Both the position numbers and the translations under genes were made by a program. Of a stretch of DNA of 64,000 nucleotides, positions 1 through 9,547 are shown piece after piece (the first letter of the stretch is position 1; each line of letters starts with the position of its first letter). The notes under the pieces are model-generated. The model was not told where the DNA came from. It saw only the letters and a program-made list of their open reading frames with translations, and searched no databases. The DNA lies in contig CANLWB010000018.1 in the NCBI GenBank assembly GCA_947494695.1, positions 5,265 to 69,264 on the forward strand. Reading direction: 5' to 3'. This stretch comes from an uncultured Flavobacteriaceae bacterium (GTDB taxonomy: Bacteria; Bacteroidota; Bacteroidia; Flavobacteriales; Flavobacteriaceae).

Positions 1-288
1 ATTCAATATGTAGGAGTAGATGTTAGTGAGACACTATCAAAATTCACAGAGGAAAAATTGGAAAAAGTATTTAATCGCTATGAGTTTCTAATCAGTGCTA
101 CGGTACATTTTAAAAAAGATGAAAGTCAACATGAAACCGGTAAAATTTGTAATATAGAGTTGAGTTTACCCGGACCTCGAATTTTTGCAACTTCAAACGA
201 GCGTAATTTTGAAGTATCAGTTAGGGAAACCATTTCAGATTTGGAGCGTCAGCTGCAAAAACGCAAAGAGGTATATAAGACCTACTAA
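1..288 (+). CDS. hpf: ribosome hibernation promoting factor / RaiA family protein, 5' end cut by the window edge
   Basis: Frame 1 is open from nt 1 (IQYVGVDVSETLSKFTEEKL...) and runs into the 58..288 ORF. Length and sequence pattern are typical of short HPF/YfiA proteins. Confidence 0.7.
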   Translation: MQYVGVDVSETLSKFTEEKLEKVFNRYEFLISATVHFKKDESQHETGKICNIELSLPGPRIFATSNERNFEVSVRETISDLERQLQKRKEVYKTY

Positions 289-312
289 CTTTAAAATTTA
301 TAATTTATAATT

Positions 313-672
313 TTGAACATAGAAGCTTATAGGTTGTACTGCTTATCTAAAAAAGGAGTAACAGAATCTATCCCCTTTCCTAGTTTACCAAACGTCCTTG
401 TTTTTAAAGTAAAAGGTAAAATGTTTACAGCGACAGATATTGAGACTTTTAAGAGTTTTAGTATTAAATGTGTGCCAGAAACCATTGAAGAACTTAGAGA
501 TCAATATGATGCTCTCGAAGAACCTTCCTATTTTAGTAAAAAACACTGGAGCCGGGTTCAAATGGATGGTTCCATTTCCGATAAAGTTTTATACGAGTGG
601 TTAGATGTGTCTTATAATCTGGTGGTTGCCAAACTTACCAAGAAAGAGCGGTTGGAATTAGAAAATTTATAA
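313..672 (+). CDS. MmcQ/YjbR family DNA-binding protein
   Basis: 119 aa with a TTG start. The N-terminal pattern (NIEAYRLYCLSKKGVTESIPF ... VFKVKGKMF) and the size fit the YjbR fold family. Confidence 0.6.
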   Translation: MNIEAYRLYCLSKKGVTESIPFPSLPNVLVFKVKGKMFTATDIETFKSFSIKCVPETIEELRDQYDALEEPSYFSKKHWSRVQMDGSISDKVLYEWLDVSYNLVVAKLTKKERLELENL

Positions 673-862
673 CAATAAAACCCATTTGCATTTTGATGAA
701 ACCCTGTTACTCTGCATAACGTTAAGTAATTCGGGGCATTTATTTGTTAAACTATAATGATATGAGCAAGTTTCCTAAAGATATGTTGTAATCTGCCAAA
801 GATCATGTGATCGTTCTAATTTTAAATTGGTACTCCCTAAGAACCTTTTCTAAAATAAATAG

Positions 863-1393
863 ATGGATCAAAACAAGGCAAAAAAGTTAACTACTAATGA
901 GTTTGAAAATATTTTCAATGATCTCTATGATTCACTATGTCTTTATGTCAATAGGTATATCAACGATTTAAGCCTTTCTGAAGATATTGTGCAGAATGTC
1001 TTCATAAAAGTATGGGAAGACCAAGTTGCCTTTCTCGATAAAGATAAGATGGCTGGCTTTTTCTATACTGCTGTGAAAAATAAAGCTCTCGATTTTTTAA
1101 GAAGTAAATACGCCAAAGATGTTAAGGCTTATGTTTTAGAGGATTTAGAAACGCTGCAAACCGAACATTATTTTTTGTCCGAAGTGATTATGATAGAGGC
1201 ATCAGAGGTTATAGAAAACGCTATCAAATCACTTCCAAATAAATGTGCTGAGGTTATAAGATTGAGCCTTGAAAGTCATACAAACAAAGAAATAGCCGAA
1301 GCCATGAATATATCGGTTTATACCGTTAAAGAGTATAAGAAAATTGCCTATAAAAAGCTTCGAAAAATTTTAGCCCACTTAAAAATTATATAA
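863..1393 (+). CDS. ECF-type RNA polymerase sigma-70 family factor, copy 1 (no adjacent anti-sigma)
   Basis: 176 aa with a region 2 pattern (DIVQNVFIKVWE) and a region 4 HTH (NKEIAEAMNISVYTVKEYKKIAYKKLR). Paralog of 1894..2454. Confidence 0.85.
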   Translation: MDQNKAKKLTTNEFENIFNDLYDSLCLYVNRYINDLSLSEDIVQNVFIKVWEDQVAFLDKDKMAGFFYTAVKNKALDFLRSKYAKDVKAYVLEDLETLQTEHYFLSEVIMIEASEVIENAIKSLPNKCAEVIRLSLESHTNKEIAEAMNISVYTVKEYKKIAYKKLRKILAHLKII

Positions 1394-1893
1394 AACTTTT
1401 TAATTTTTTACCCCTCTCTTTCTTTTCCTTTACGTTATAGTTATATATGGTTGTATAAAATTATACATAGTTGTATGCAATTGTTTAGAGGGATATTGGT
1501 GTATAACCCTCATTTTAAAGTGAAAATAATGTTGTCAACACACTCTAACTTCAGTTGATGATCTTAACTAAAGTCTTGCCCTTTAAGTGCAAGATGCTAT
1601 TGCAGAATTTTGTGTTTTGACCAAAAAGGTTAAAACTTATACTCAAATAAATTGGGTATAAAACCAGTGAAGCTTGTGCTGCGTACTGTGGTTGTACTCA
1701 GCATAAACTAAAGCCGAAATCTATTTTATGCTTTTTTATGAGACGAGCTGGTTTCGAGATTTTTTTGTTGTTTCGGAAGAATAGATCATCGTATGATCAA
1801 GTTTTTGAAAGCATATAATACCCCAAAAATACTAGTGACCGTTCTTATTTATTTGTGGAAGTTTTCCTTAATAATCTTATTTATAGCGAATAG

Positions 1894-2454
1894 ATGGATC
1901 AAAACAAAACACACGAGTTAACTCTAAAGAAGTTAGAGAAAATTTTCAAAAGTCAATATGATCAACTATGCATTTTTGCTTATAAGTATGTTAATGATAT
2001 GGATCGCTGTAAGGATCTTGTTCAGGATGTCTTTGTAAACGTATTGGAGAGCAAGGTTTGTTTCGAAAGTGAAGACAAAATTGAAGGCTATTTTTATAGA
2101 GCGGTAAAGAATAAGTGTATAGATTTTAAGAGAAGTAAATATGATAAAGATGTTGAGGTATACTCTTCAGAAGATTTTGAAACTCTGCGAACCGAAAATT
2201 ACCTTTTATCGGAAGCTTTTACGACAGAAATATCCAATGCATATGAACGCCAACAAAAATCATCAAATTTTGTTGAGCGCGCATTAAGATCACTACCAAC
2301 TAAATGTGCTGAAGTTATGAAGTTAAGTATTGAAGATTACTCAAATAAAGAAATAGCGGACGACATGAATATATCTCTCAATACAGTCAAGGATCATAAG
2401 AAAGTGGCATATAAAAAACTTCGAAAAACATTAAGCTATTTAAGATTTAAATAA
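1894..2454 (+). CDS. ECF-type RNA polymerase sigma-70 family factor, copy 2 (upstream of FecR)
   Basis: 186 aa with the same MDQNK start and the same region 2/4 blocks as copy 1, plus a roughly 10-aa insertion before region 4. Followed by a FecR-like gene. Confidence 0.85.
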   Translation: MDQNKTHELTLKKLEKIFKSQYDQLCIFAYKYVNDMDRCKDLVQDVFVNVLESKVCFESEDKIEGYFYRAVKNKCIDFKRSKYDKDVEVYSSEDFETLRTENYLLSEAFTTEISNAYERQQKSSNFVERALRSLPTKCAEVMKLSIEDYSNKEIADDMNISLNTVKDHKKVAYKKLRKTLSYLRFK

Positions 2455-2521
2455 ATTTTTTTAAAACTTTTACCCCTCTCTTTCTTTTTTCTTACGTCAT
2501 TATTATACAAGACCGTTAATT

Positions 2522-3706
2522 ATGGATAATTTAGATAACATTAAATCACTTTCGGAGAAGATTGCTGCTTCATTATTAAAAGGAGAGACTCCCGTTGATT
2601 TAGAGAAAATAGATGCTCTTACAGAAGAAGATAAAAAACGGATAATTTTTAATGTTACCAATAGACAAAAAAGAGAAGAACGTTTACAACTTAAAAAGAA
2701 ATTAAATAAACAAAAAGCCTGGAAAGCAATAACGGCTAATGAAAAACCAGTCTACACCATACAAAAAACGTACAAGTATGTTGCAATTGCAGCATCTATA
2801 ACCATTTTACTCAGTGTTACATTGCTTTTAAATAAGAATGATCAATTGCAAATTAATACAGCAATTATAGCCGAGAATAATATTGAAATAGGCACGGATA
2901 AAGCAATTTTAACCTTAGAGGACGGTTCTGAAGTGCATTTAAAAAATGGTCAGGTGTATCAATTGCATAATGTTACCAGTAATGGTAAAGAAATCATATA
3001 CCCATCATACAAACAGGCAAATCATACAGGAGAAAAAACAAAAGAAGTTGCTTATAATATAATAACGGTTCCTCGTGGGGGACAATTTCAAGTCAAATTA
3101 TCAGACGGTACTAAAGTTTGGTTAAATTCTGAGTCTCAACTAAAATACCCTGTAACGTTTAATGGCTTAGAAACGAGGCGTGTGGAGCTTGTATATGGAG
3201 AAGGTTATTTTGACGTATCATCCAGTAAACATCATAACAACACGACCTTTAATGTGTCCAACAAATTTCAGGAAATAGAAGTTTTAGGAACCGAGTTTAA
3301 TATCAAGGCCTATAAGGATGAGTCAAACATTTGTACCACTTTAGTAGAAGGTAAAGTGGCCGTTAGCTACCAGGGTAAAAAACAAGCTCTTAAGCCTGAC
3401 GAACAATTAAGTCTTAATACCCAAAATAATAACGTAAACATAACGACAGTTGACAATGCAAATAAAGAAGTTTCCTGGAAAGAAGGGGAGTTTAGTTTTC
3501 GAAACAAAAGCTTAAAGGAGATCATGAAGGTGCTTTCTCGTTGGTATGATATGGAAGTGATATTTGAAAATGAAGATGTTAAGGACGAAACGTTTATGGG
3601 ATCATTTAAAAAAAGCTTTTCGATAGAAGATGCCTTGTCGTTAATTAAGAGCACGAATAGCATTAAAGAATATCATATAAAAGATAAGACATTAACGATT
3701 AGGTAG
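2522..3706 (+). CDS. FecR family anti-sigma factor / transmembrane sensor
   Basis: 394 aa with one central TM segment (YKYVAIAASITILLSVTLLL). It has a FecR-type periplasmic domain (TVPRGGQFQVKLSDGTKVWLNSESQLKYP) and a C-terminal DUF4974-like block (SLKEIMKVLSRWYDMEV). Position is between the ECF sigma and a SusC with an STN domain. Confidence 0.85.
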   Translation: MDNLDNIKSLSEKIAASLLKGETPVDLEKIDALTEEDKKRIIFNVTNRQKREERLQLKKKLNKQKAWKAITANEKPVYTIQKTYKYVAIAASITILLSVTLLLNKNDQLQINTAIIAENNIEIGTDKAILTLEDGSEVHLKNGQVYQLHNVTSNGKEIIYPSYKQANHTGEKTKEVAYNIITVPRGGQFQVKLSDGTKVWLNSESQLKYPVTFNGLETRRVELVYGEGYFDVSSSKHHNNTTFNVSNKFQEIEVLGTEFNIKAYKDESNICTTLVEGKVAVSYQGKKQALKPDEQLSLNTQNNNVNITTVDNANKEVSWKEGEFSFRNKSLKEIMKVLSRWYDMEVIFENEDVKDETFMGSFKKSFSIEDALSLIKSTNSIKEYHIKDKTLTIR

Positions 3707-3814
3707 AAGGTTATATGACCGAATCGAGAGCAATATTTATTAGAATGAGCTGATATCTGGTACAGATTAAACAAAAAAATTAAACTTTAAACTAACGATA
3801 AAATAGCCCTTACC

Positions 3815-4288
3815 ATGAAAACAAACATAACTTTATTCGCATTGTTAGATTTAAATGTGAATCCCGCCGATGACAGAGATGATATCCCAGAAGCAATTGA
3901 TGATATCATCATAACCTTATCAAGCGGTTCTGGAGTAGAATTATCCCCAGTAGGTTCAAAAGGAGATGATGCCCCAAATCTTATCTCCGTTGACCAAAAT
4001 CATATTGATACCGTTTCCTTTACTGTAAAGGCATCTGCGATTGAATTTGATTATGTACCTAGCAATTCTTTGCAAATTAGTTCTAATGATAAGGATCCAG
4101 AAGAGGAAGGCTATTTGTTGCATGTAAAAGAGGTCGCTGGTTCAAAATTTGTACGAATATATAATGACCTAAGACAAATGGTGTTGCAAAGTAAACATAA
4201 AAGTATTCATGCAAGCCATTTAAAAAAAGGATTGTACTTTTTTAAGGACTTACGATTTAGTAGAGTACAGAAACTAAAAAAAATATAG
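3815..4288 (+). CDS. hypothetical protein with a degenerate T9SS C-terminal-domain-like tail
   Basis: 157-aa ORF. The C-terminus (VRIYNDLRQMVLQS...LKKGLYFFKDLRFSRVQKLKKI) resembles a T9SS sorting-domain pattern. The N-terminal signal peptide is weak and coding status is uncertain. Confidence 0.4.
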   Translation: MKTNITLFALLDLNVNPADDRDDIPEAIDDIIITLSSGSGVELSPVGSKGDDAPNLISVDQNHIDTVSFTVKASAIEFDYVPSNSLQISSNDKDPEEEGYLLHVKEVAGSKFVRIYNDLRQMVLQSKHKSIHASHLKKGLYFFKDLRFSRVQKLKKI

Positions 4289-4581
4289 AAGAAGAACAGA
4301 TAGGTATAAAACCCTTCCAATGAATAACGGAGTTAATAGTACGTCAAAAGAATGATCCGGTAGATTGTTTCGATGAACTAACAGATAACGTTTGAGAGAT
4401 ATTAAAACAGATAAAAACAAACAAAAAATAGAGCAATTCAAAAAAGGAATAAGGATGAATTTGGGTTTATTAAGTAAGAGAGATTAACAAATCTAAATCA
4501 TCTTTTCTTTTTTGATGTTACGAAAAATCAACTGAGTTTTTAAATGAAATAAAATAAACCAAATTTAAAAATATATAAGGA

Positions 4582-4630
4582 GGAATATAGTTTACGCCAA
4601 TTGGGTGTAAAACTACATTCCCCCTTTTTT
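4582..4630 (+). terminator. intrinsic-terminator-like hairpin about 100 nt upstream of susC
   Basis: GGAATATAGTTT ... AAACTACATTCC forms a 12-bp stem with one mismatch, followed by CCCTTTTTTGG. Confidence 0.5.
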
Positions 4631-4735
4631 GGTATGTAGTATTTAGTTAAGACGTTTAACAAATTCATTTCGTACATATTGATAAAAAATTATTAACCCA
4701 TGTTTTTATTTAGTTAAAACACGCTCAAATTTATT

Positions 4736-7700
4736 ATGAACATATTTAAACTGTTGTTTTGTATCGCTTTGTTCAGTCTTGCGCCAATGTATTCATACGC
4801 TCAAAATGGTATGGTGATCATAGATTCAACCGTGGAGATAACCGTTAATGAAGTATTCGATATTATAGATACGAAAACAGATTATTCATTCATCTATAAA
4901 AACAATTTGTTCAAGGACCTTCCTAAAATAAAGCTTGAGAAGGGCGCTATCAGTATTAAGAATTTATTAGAAATGAGTGTTCCTGCCCAGGATTTTAAGG
5001 TCGTTGTCGTAGAGAATAATAAAAGTATTTTCGTTACTAAGAAAAAGAGACGCGGCAAGCTCAACATGCGGAGGCTTTATGGTGTTATATTAGATGAGGC
5101 CGGTCGGGCAATTCCAGACGTTGCCGTTTTAATTAAAGGCACAAACAAAGGCGTTGTTACCGATTTGGAAGGAGAGTATACCATCAAGGTGACGGACCCT
5201 GAAACCGTTTTAGAATTTTCATCATTAGGGTTTAAAACTCAGGAGATCATTGTTGGTAATCAAAGTCATATTAATGTATCCCTTAAAGAAGATATTGATA
5301 AATTAGATGCCGTAGAAATCGTGGGACACTACTATAAAAGATCGCAACGGGAGAACCCAGGAAATGTATATAAGATAGGAGCTAACACCATACAGAAACA
5401 ACCTGTGTCTAATCCTTTGGCAGCCATGAATGGTCATATTCCAGGTGTTAATATTGTTCAAAACACCGGACTTCCAGGTAGCGGTTTTCAGATTGAGATA
5501 CGTGGTCGAAACTTTATCAACGCAGATACCGATCCATTATATATCATAGACGGTGTCCCTTATAGTTCTGAATCATTATCATTTCCACTTGTAAATCCCA
5601 TTTTACCTGAAGAAAGCCCATTAGGTTTGATTAACCCCTTTAATATTGAAAGTATTGAAGTCCTTAAAGATGCCGATGCCACAGCTATTTATGGTTCTCG
5701 TGGGGCCAATGGGGTGGTTCTCATTACGACCAAAAGAGGCGAAGCCGGGAAAACCCGAATTAAAGTTAATGTTACAACTGGCTTGGCAAGTGTGCCGCGT
5801 TTTATAGATCTATTAAATACAGAACAATATTTAGACGTACGAAAGGAAGCATTTACGAACGATGGTTTTACGCTTGCAACGGTTAATCCTGGCATACGAG
5901 GTGCCATGCCAGATATATTTGAATGGGATCAAAATCGTTATACAGACTGGCAGAAGACACTTATAGGAGGTACAGCTTACCGAAACACAGGACAATTGTC
6001 TTTTTCGGGAGGTAGTAAACAAACACAGTTTTTGTTAAGTGGTAGCTATCAAAATGAGACCACAGTGTTTCCTGGAAACTCAAGATATGGTATGGCTTCC
6101 ATACAAAGTAATATCAACCACCAATCCTCAGATAAGCGTTTTCAGGTAAATGTCTTAACGAACTATATTTTTGACGACAATCGTCTTCCGCTTGGCGAAC
6201 TTACGACAGAAGCTTATAAGCTTCCACCAAATGCCCCGGCACTCTACGATGCCCAGGGTGATTTGAACTGGGATGGATGGACTCCAACCATAGTGGATAA
6301 CCCTTTGGGGATGCTAGAAGGTGAATATCGGGTAAAGAATAAAAACCTCATGTTAAGCACGGTGATTTCTTATAATCTTTTACCTGCTTTAGAATTTAGA
6401 GCCAATTTAGGGTATACAGATTACCGAAAGACGGAGCATAAAGCTTCTCTGCATACAAGGTTTAATCCGGTTTATGGATTCACAAGTGCTACAGGGTCGT
6501 CTATTGTTACGAATAATGCTTCGCGCCAATCCTGGAATGTAGAACCACAGGTTAAATGGGAAATAGACTGGGGTAAAGCAAACTTTAATGTCCTGGTAGG
6601 GACCACATTTCAGCAACGCCAAACATACCGCGTTAGTATATCGGGAGAAGGTTTTCAAAATAACGGTCAAATTCTGGATGTTTTTGCAGCCGATAAAATT
6701 GTAGATGGGTTAGATCAGGAAACCAAATATAATTACCATGCCATATTTGGGAGACTAAATTTTAAGTGGGCAGGAAAATATATTATAAACCTCACAAGGC
6801 AACGAGATGGTTCGAGTCGCTTTGGACCAGGTAATCAGTTTGGTGATTTTGGAGCTGTTGGGCTCGCATGGATTTTTTCAGAAGAAAATGTCCTGAAAGA
6901 TTATCACTTTTTAAGCTATGGAAAGCTTCGCACCAGTTATGGAGTAACTGGTAGTGATAATATAGGGGATTACGAATTTTATAACACCTATGAAGCTCCA
7001 AAAGATGTAAACTATATTGGGGCTATACTCTTGCCAGACAAGTTATTCAATCCAACCTTAAGGTGGGAAGAAACCAAAAAGTTTGAAGTAGGGCTGGATT
7101 TAGGCTTTTTAAACGATCGTGTGCTACTTACAACGTCATGGTATCGCAACCGTTCTTCGAACCAGTTGTTGGGGATTCCTCTACCACGAACCACAGGTTT
7201 TAGAACCATAAATTCTAACTTTGATGCTATAGTGGAAAATTCAGGTTTTGAAATAGATTTCCGGTCAGTAAATATTAAAAATTCTCGTTTTAAATGGACC
7301 TCGATATTTAATATTTCAGTACCTAAAAATAAGCTGGTAAAATTTGATGGGTTGGAACACTCAACGTTCGCAAATCAGTATGTTGTAGGGCAGCCTTTAA
7401 ACATCGAAAAGTTGTACCATACAACCGGTGTTAATCGTGAAACGGGTGTTTATCAGTTTGAAGATTATAACGACGATGGTATTATAGATCCTTCTGCAGT
7501 CTCAAAAGATCGTCAATGGATCGAGAGTACAGATCCAAAATTTCATGGAGGGCTAAACAATATATTTAGTTACAAAACTTTGAGTTTGGAGGTCTTTTTA
7601 CAGTTTAAAAAACAAAGAGGGACAGATGTTTTTCGCAGTGCAAAACACCCAGGTGGTTTTTCAAATCAACATGTGTCAGCATTAAATCGTTGGCAAAAGG

Positions 7701-8014
7701 AAGGGGATATTGCTTCAGCACAGCGTTATGTTACAGGTCGAAGTACTGAAGGGGTAGAAGCAGCCATGACCTATGCTAATTACAGCAACAGCAGTTCACG
7801 ATATACAGATACCTCCTTTATCCGGTTAAGAAATGTCTCTTTAAGTTATGCCATTCCTAAAGCGGCACTTTCCGGAATGGATGCTAGTATCTATCTTCAG
7901 GGACAGAACCTCTTAACCATTACAAAATCCCTAAAGGCAGACCCAGAGCAAGTAAGTGACACGACACTTCCTATATTAAGGTACTTTACACTAGGTTTAG
8001 AACTAAGTTTTTAA
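4736..8014 (+). CDS. SusC/RagA family TonB-linked outer membrane protein with N-terminal STN signalling domain
   Basis: 1092 aa with a signal peptide and an STN-like N-terminal extension. It has a carboxypeptidase-regulatory-like domain (GVILDEAGRAIPDVAVLIKGTNKGVVTDLEGEY), a plug (IESIEVLKDADATAIYGSRGANGVVLITTKRG) and a C-terminal beta-barrel ending in F. Confidence 0.9.
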   Translation: MNIFKLLFCIALFSLAPMYSYAQNGMVIIDSTVEITVNEVFDIIDTKTDYSFIYKNNLFKDLPKIKLEKGAISIKNLLEMSVPAQDFKVVVVENNKSIFVTKKKRRGKLNMRRLYGVILDEAGRAIPDVAVLIKGTNKGVVTDLEGEYTIKVTDPETVLEFSSLGFKTQEIIVGNQSHINVSLKEDIDKLDAVEIVGHYYKRSQRENPGNVYKIGANTIQKQPVSNPLAAMNGHIPGVNIVQNTGLPGSGFQIEIRGRNFINADTDPLYIIDGVPYSSESLSFPLVNPILPEESPLGLINPFNIESIEVLKDADATAIYGSRGANGVVLITTKRGEAGKTRIKVNVTTGLASVPRFIDLLNTEQYLDVRKEAFTNDGFTLATVNPGIRGAMPDIFEWDQNRYTDWQKTLIGGTAYRNTGQLSFSGGSKQTQFLLSGSYQNETTVFPGNSRYGMASIQSNINHQSSDKRFQVNVLTNYIFDDNRLPLGELTTEAYKLPPNAPALYDAQGDLNWDGWTPTIVDNPLGMLEGEYRVKNKNLMLSTVISYNLLPALEFRANLGYTDYRKTEHKASLHTRFNPVYGFTSATGSSIVTNNASRQSWNVEPQVKWEIDWGKANFNVLVGTTFQQRQTYRVSISGEGFQNNGQILDVFAADKIVDGLDQETKYNYHAIFGRLNFKWAGKYIINLTRQRDGSSRFGPGNQFGDFGAVGLAWIFSEENVLKDYHFLSYGKLRTSYGVTGSDNIGDYEFYNTYEAPKDVNYIGAILLPDKLFNPTLRWEETKKFEVGLDLGFLNDRVLLTTSWYRNRSSNQLLGIPLPRTTGFRTINSNFDAIVENSGFEIDFRSVNIKNSRFKWTSIFNISVPKNKLVKFDGLEHSTFANQYVVGQPLNIEKLYHTTGVNRETGVYQFEDYNDDGIIDPSAVSKDRQWIESTDPKFHGGLNNIFSYKTLSLEVFLQFKKQRGTDVFRSAKHPGGFSNQHVSALNRWQKEGDIASAQRYVTGRSTEGVEAAMTYANYSNSSSRYTDTSFIRLRNVSLSYAIPKAALSGMDASIYLQGQNLLTITKSLKADPEQVSDTTLPILRYFTLGLELSF

Positions 8015-8031
8015 TAAACAAAACAGAGATT

Positions 8032-9459
8032 ATGAGATTTAAATATAAAGAAAGAACACAATATCGATGGGGTTTTATAGTCATATTTCGAAAGTGTTAT
8101 CTATTATACTTAACAATGTTAATGGGGTGTTTAACAGCTTGTTCAGATTTTGTAGAAGTGGACCTACCAAAAAATCAATTATCTGCCCCGTCTGTTTTTG
8201 AAGACCCCTCAATAGCAGAATCAGCGATTCATGGTGTTTATTATCAAATGCGAACCAGTGGATTAGTGTCTGGTAAAGGTTTGAACGTCCCTATGGGTTT
8301 ATATACCGATGAGTTGGATTATTATAGATTTGATAGGGGAGAACCGCTGGAGAATTATAAAAACCATACCGTACGTGCAGACAATCTTCTTGTAGAAGGT
8401 TTTTGGAATGATACCTACTCCCAAATTTATACGGTTAATTCCATTATATCAGGTGTTGAAAGTTCGGTGAGTTTAACTTTAGAGGAGAGGCGTCAGTTTA
8501 AAGGAGAGGCCTTGTTTGTAAGGGCATATCTGCACCTATTGCTTGTAGAGCTCTTTGGAGACATTCCTTATATTACCGTGACAGATTATACAGTCAACCG
8601 AGATGTACTCCGTATGCCCAAAGTTTTGGTCTACAGCAATATTATAACAGATTTAAATTTAGCTATAGACTTGTTGCCAGAAAGCGATTTTAGTGGCGAG
8701 CGTGTTCGTCCCTATACTGCAGTGGCGGAAGCCGTGCTTGCCCGGGCTTATTTATATACCGAGCAATGGACTCTGGCTGAAGCCATGGCAAATAGAGTTA
8801 TTGTTAAATTTGGAGCATTAGAATCGGATTTAAGCAAGGTTTTTCTAAAAGAGGCTTCCGGAACGATCTGGCAATTTAAACCGAATGAAGAAGGCGATAA
8901 TACAAGTGAAGGAGCAAGGTTTATATTTACAACCACACCTCCATTTGATATAGCTGTTAGTGATTTGTTACTTGATGCATTCGAATCTGACGATTTGCGC
9001 CAATCTTCATGGCTAAAAGAAGTTCGCAATACTACAGGTACAGAAACCTGGTATCATGCTTTCAAATATAAAGAACAAGACAATACGGAGAATTCCGTTG
9101 AATATTCGATACAGTTACGTTTGGCAGAGCAATACTTAATTCGTGCTGAATCGCGTGCACATCAGGGAGATGTGTCGGGAGCACAAGCCGATATCAATGC
9201 AGTTAGAAACCGGGCGGGCCTAAGCAATACATTGGCCAATACATTAAACGAGTTACTAGATGCCATTTTACAAGAGCGTCGTGTTGAATTGTTCACAGAA
9301 CAAGGGCACCGCTGGTTCGATTTAAAGCGTATGGGAAAAGCTGCCGAAGTATTGAGGGAGATTAAACCCAATTGGAAAGATACTCACATTCTGTTACCCA
9401 TCCCGGATGAAGAATTAACACTTAATCCAAATTTATTACCACAGAATGATGGGTATTAA
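8032..9459 (+). CDS. SusD/RagB family nutrient-binding outer membrane lipoprotein
   Basis: Starts 18 nt after susC and has a lipobox (LTAC). The SusD C-terminal signature is present (ERRVELFTEQGHRWFDLKRMG). Confidence 0.85.
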   Translation: MRFKYKERTQYRWGFIVIFRKCYLLYLTMLMGCLTACSDFVEVDLPKNQLSAPSVFEDPSIAESAIHGVYYQMRTSGLVSGKGLNVPMGLYTDELDYYRFDRGEPLENYKNHTVRADNLLVEGFWNDTYSQIYTVNSIISGVESSVSLTLEERRQFKGEALFVRAYLHLLLVELFGDIPYITVTDYTVNRDVLRMPKVLVYSNIITDLNLAIDLLPESDFSGERVRPYTAVAEAVLARAYLYTEQWTLAEAMANRVIVKFGALESDLSKVFLKEASGTIWQFKPNEEGDNTSEGARFIFTTTPPFDIAVSDLLLDAFESDDLRQSSWLKEVRNTTGTETWYHAFKYKEQDNTENSVEYSIQLRLAEQYLIRAESRAHQGDVSGAQADINAVRNRAGLSNTLANTLNELLDAILQERRVELFTEQGHRWFDLKRMGKAAEVLREIKPNWKDTHILLPIPDEELTLNPNLLPQNDGY

Positions 9460-9547
9460 AAGACTGGCTAATAAGGGGAACTCTTAGTGATATGTTCTCC
9501 GCTCGATTGTTTTTAATCCCAGGTCTGGATAAACGATATTATGTAAA

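Noticed and set aside
3367-3663. Antisense ORF inside fecR. The same kind occurs inside susC (5689..5907, 5831..6022, 6407..6670, 6792..7001, 7012..7209) and susD (8748..9029, 9162..9371).
   Set aside because: They lie entirely within, and antisense to, long ORFs with clear family signatures. They are short, have no recognisable motifs, and are typical shadow ORFs.
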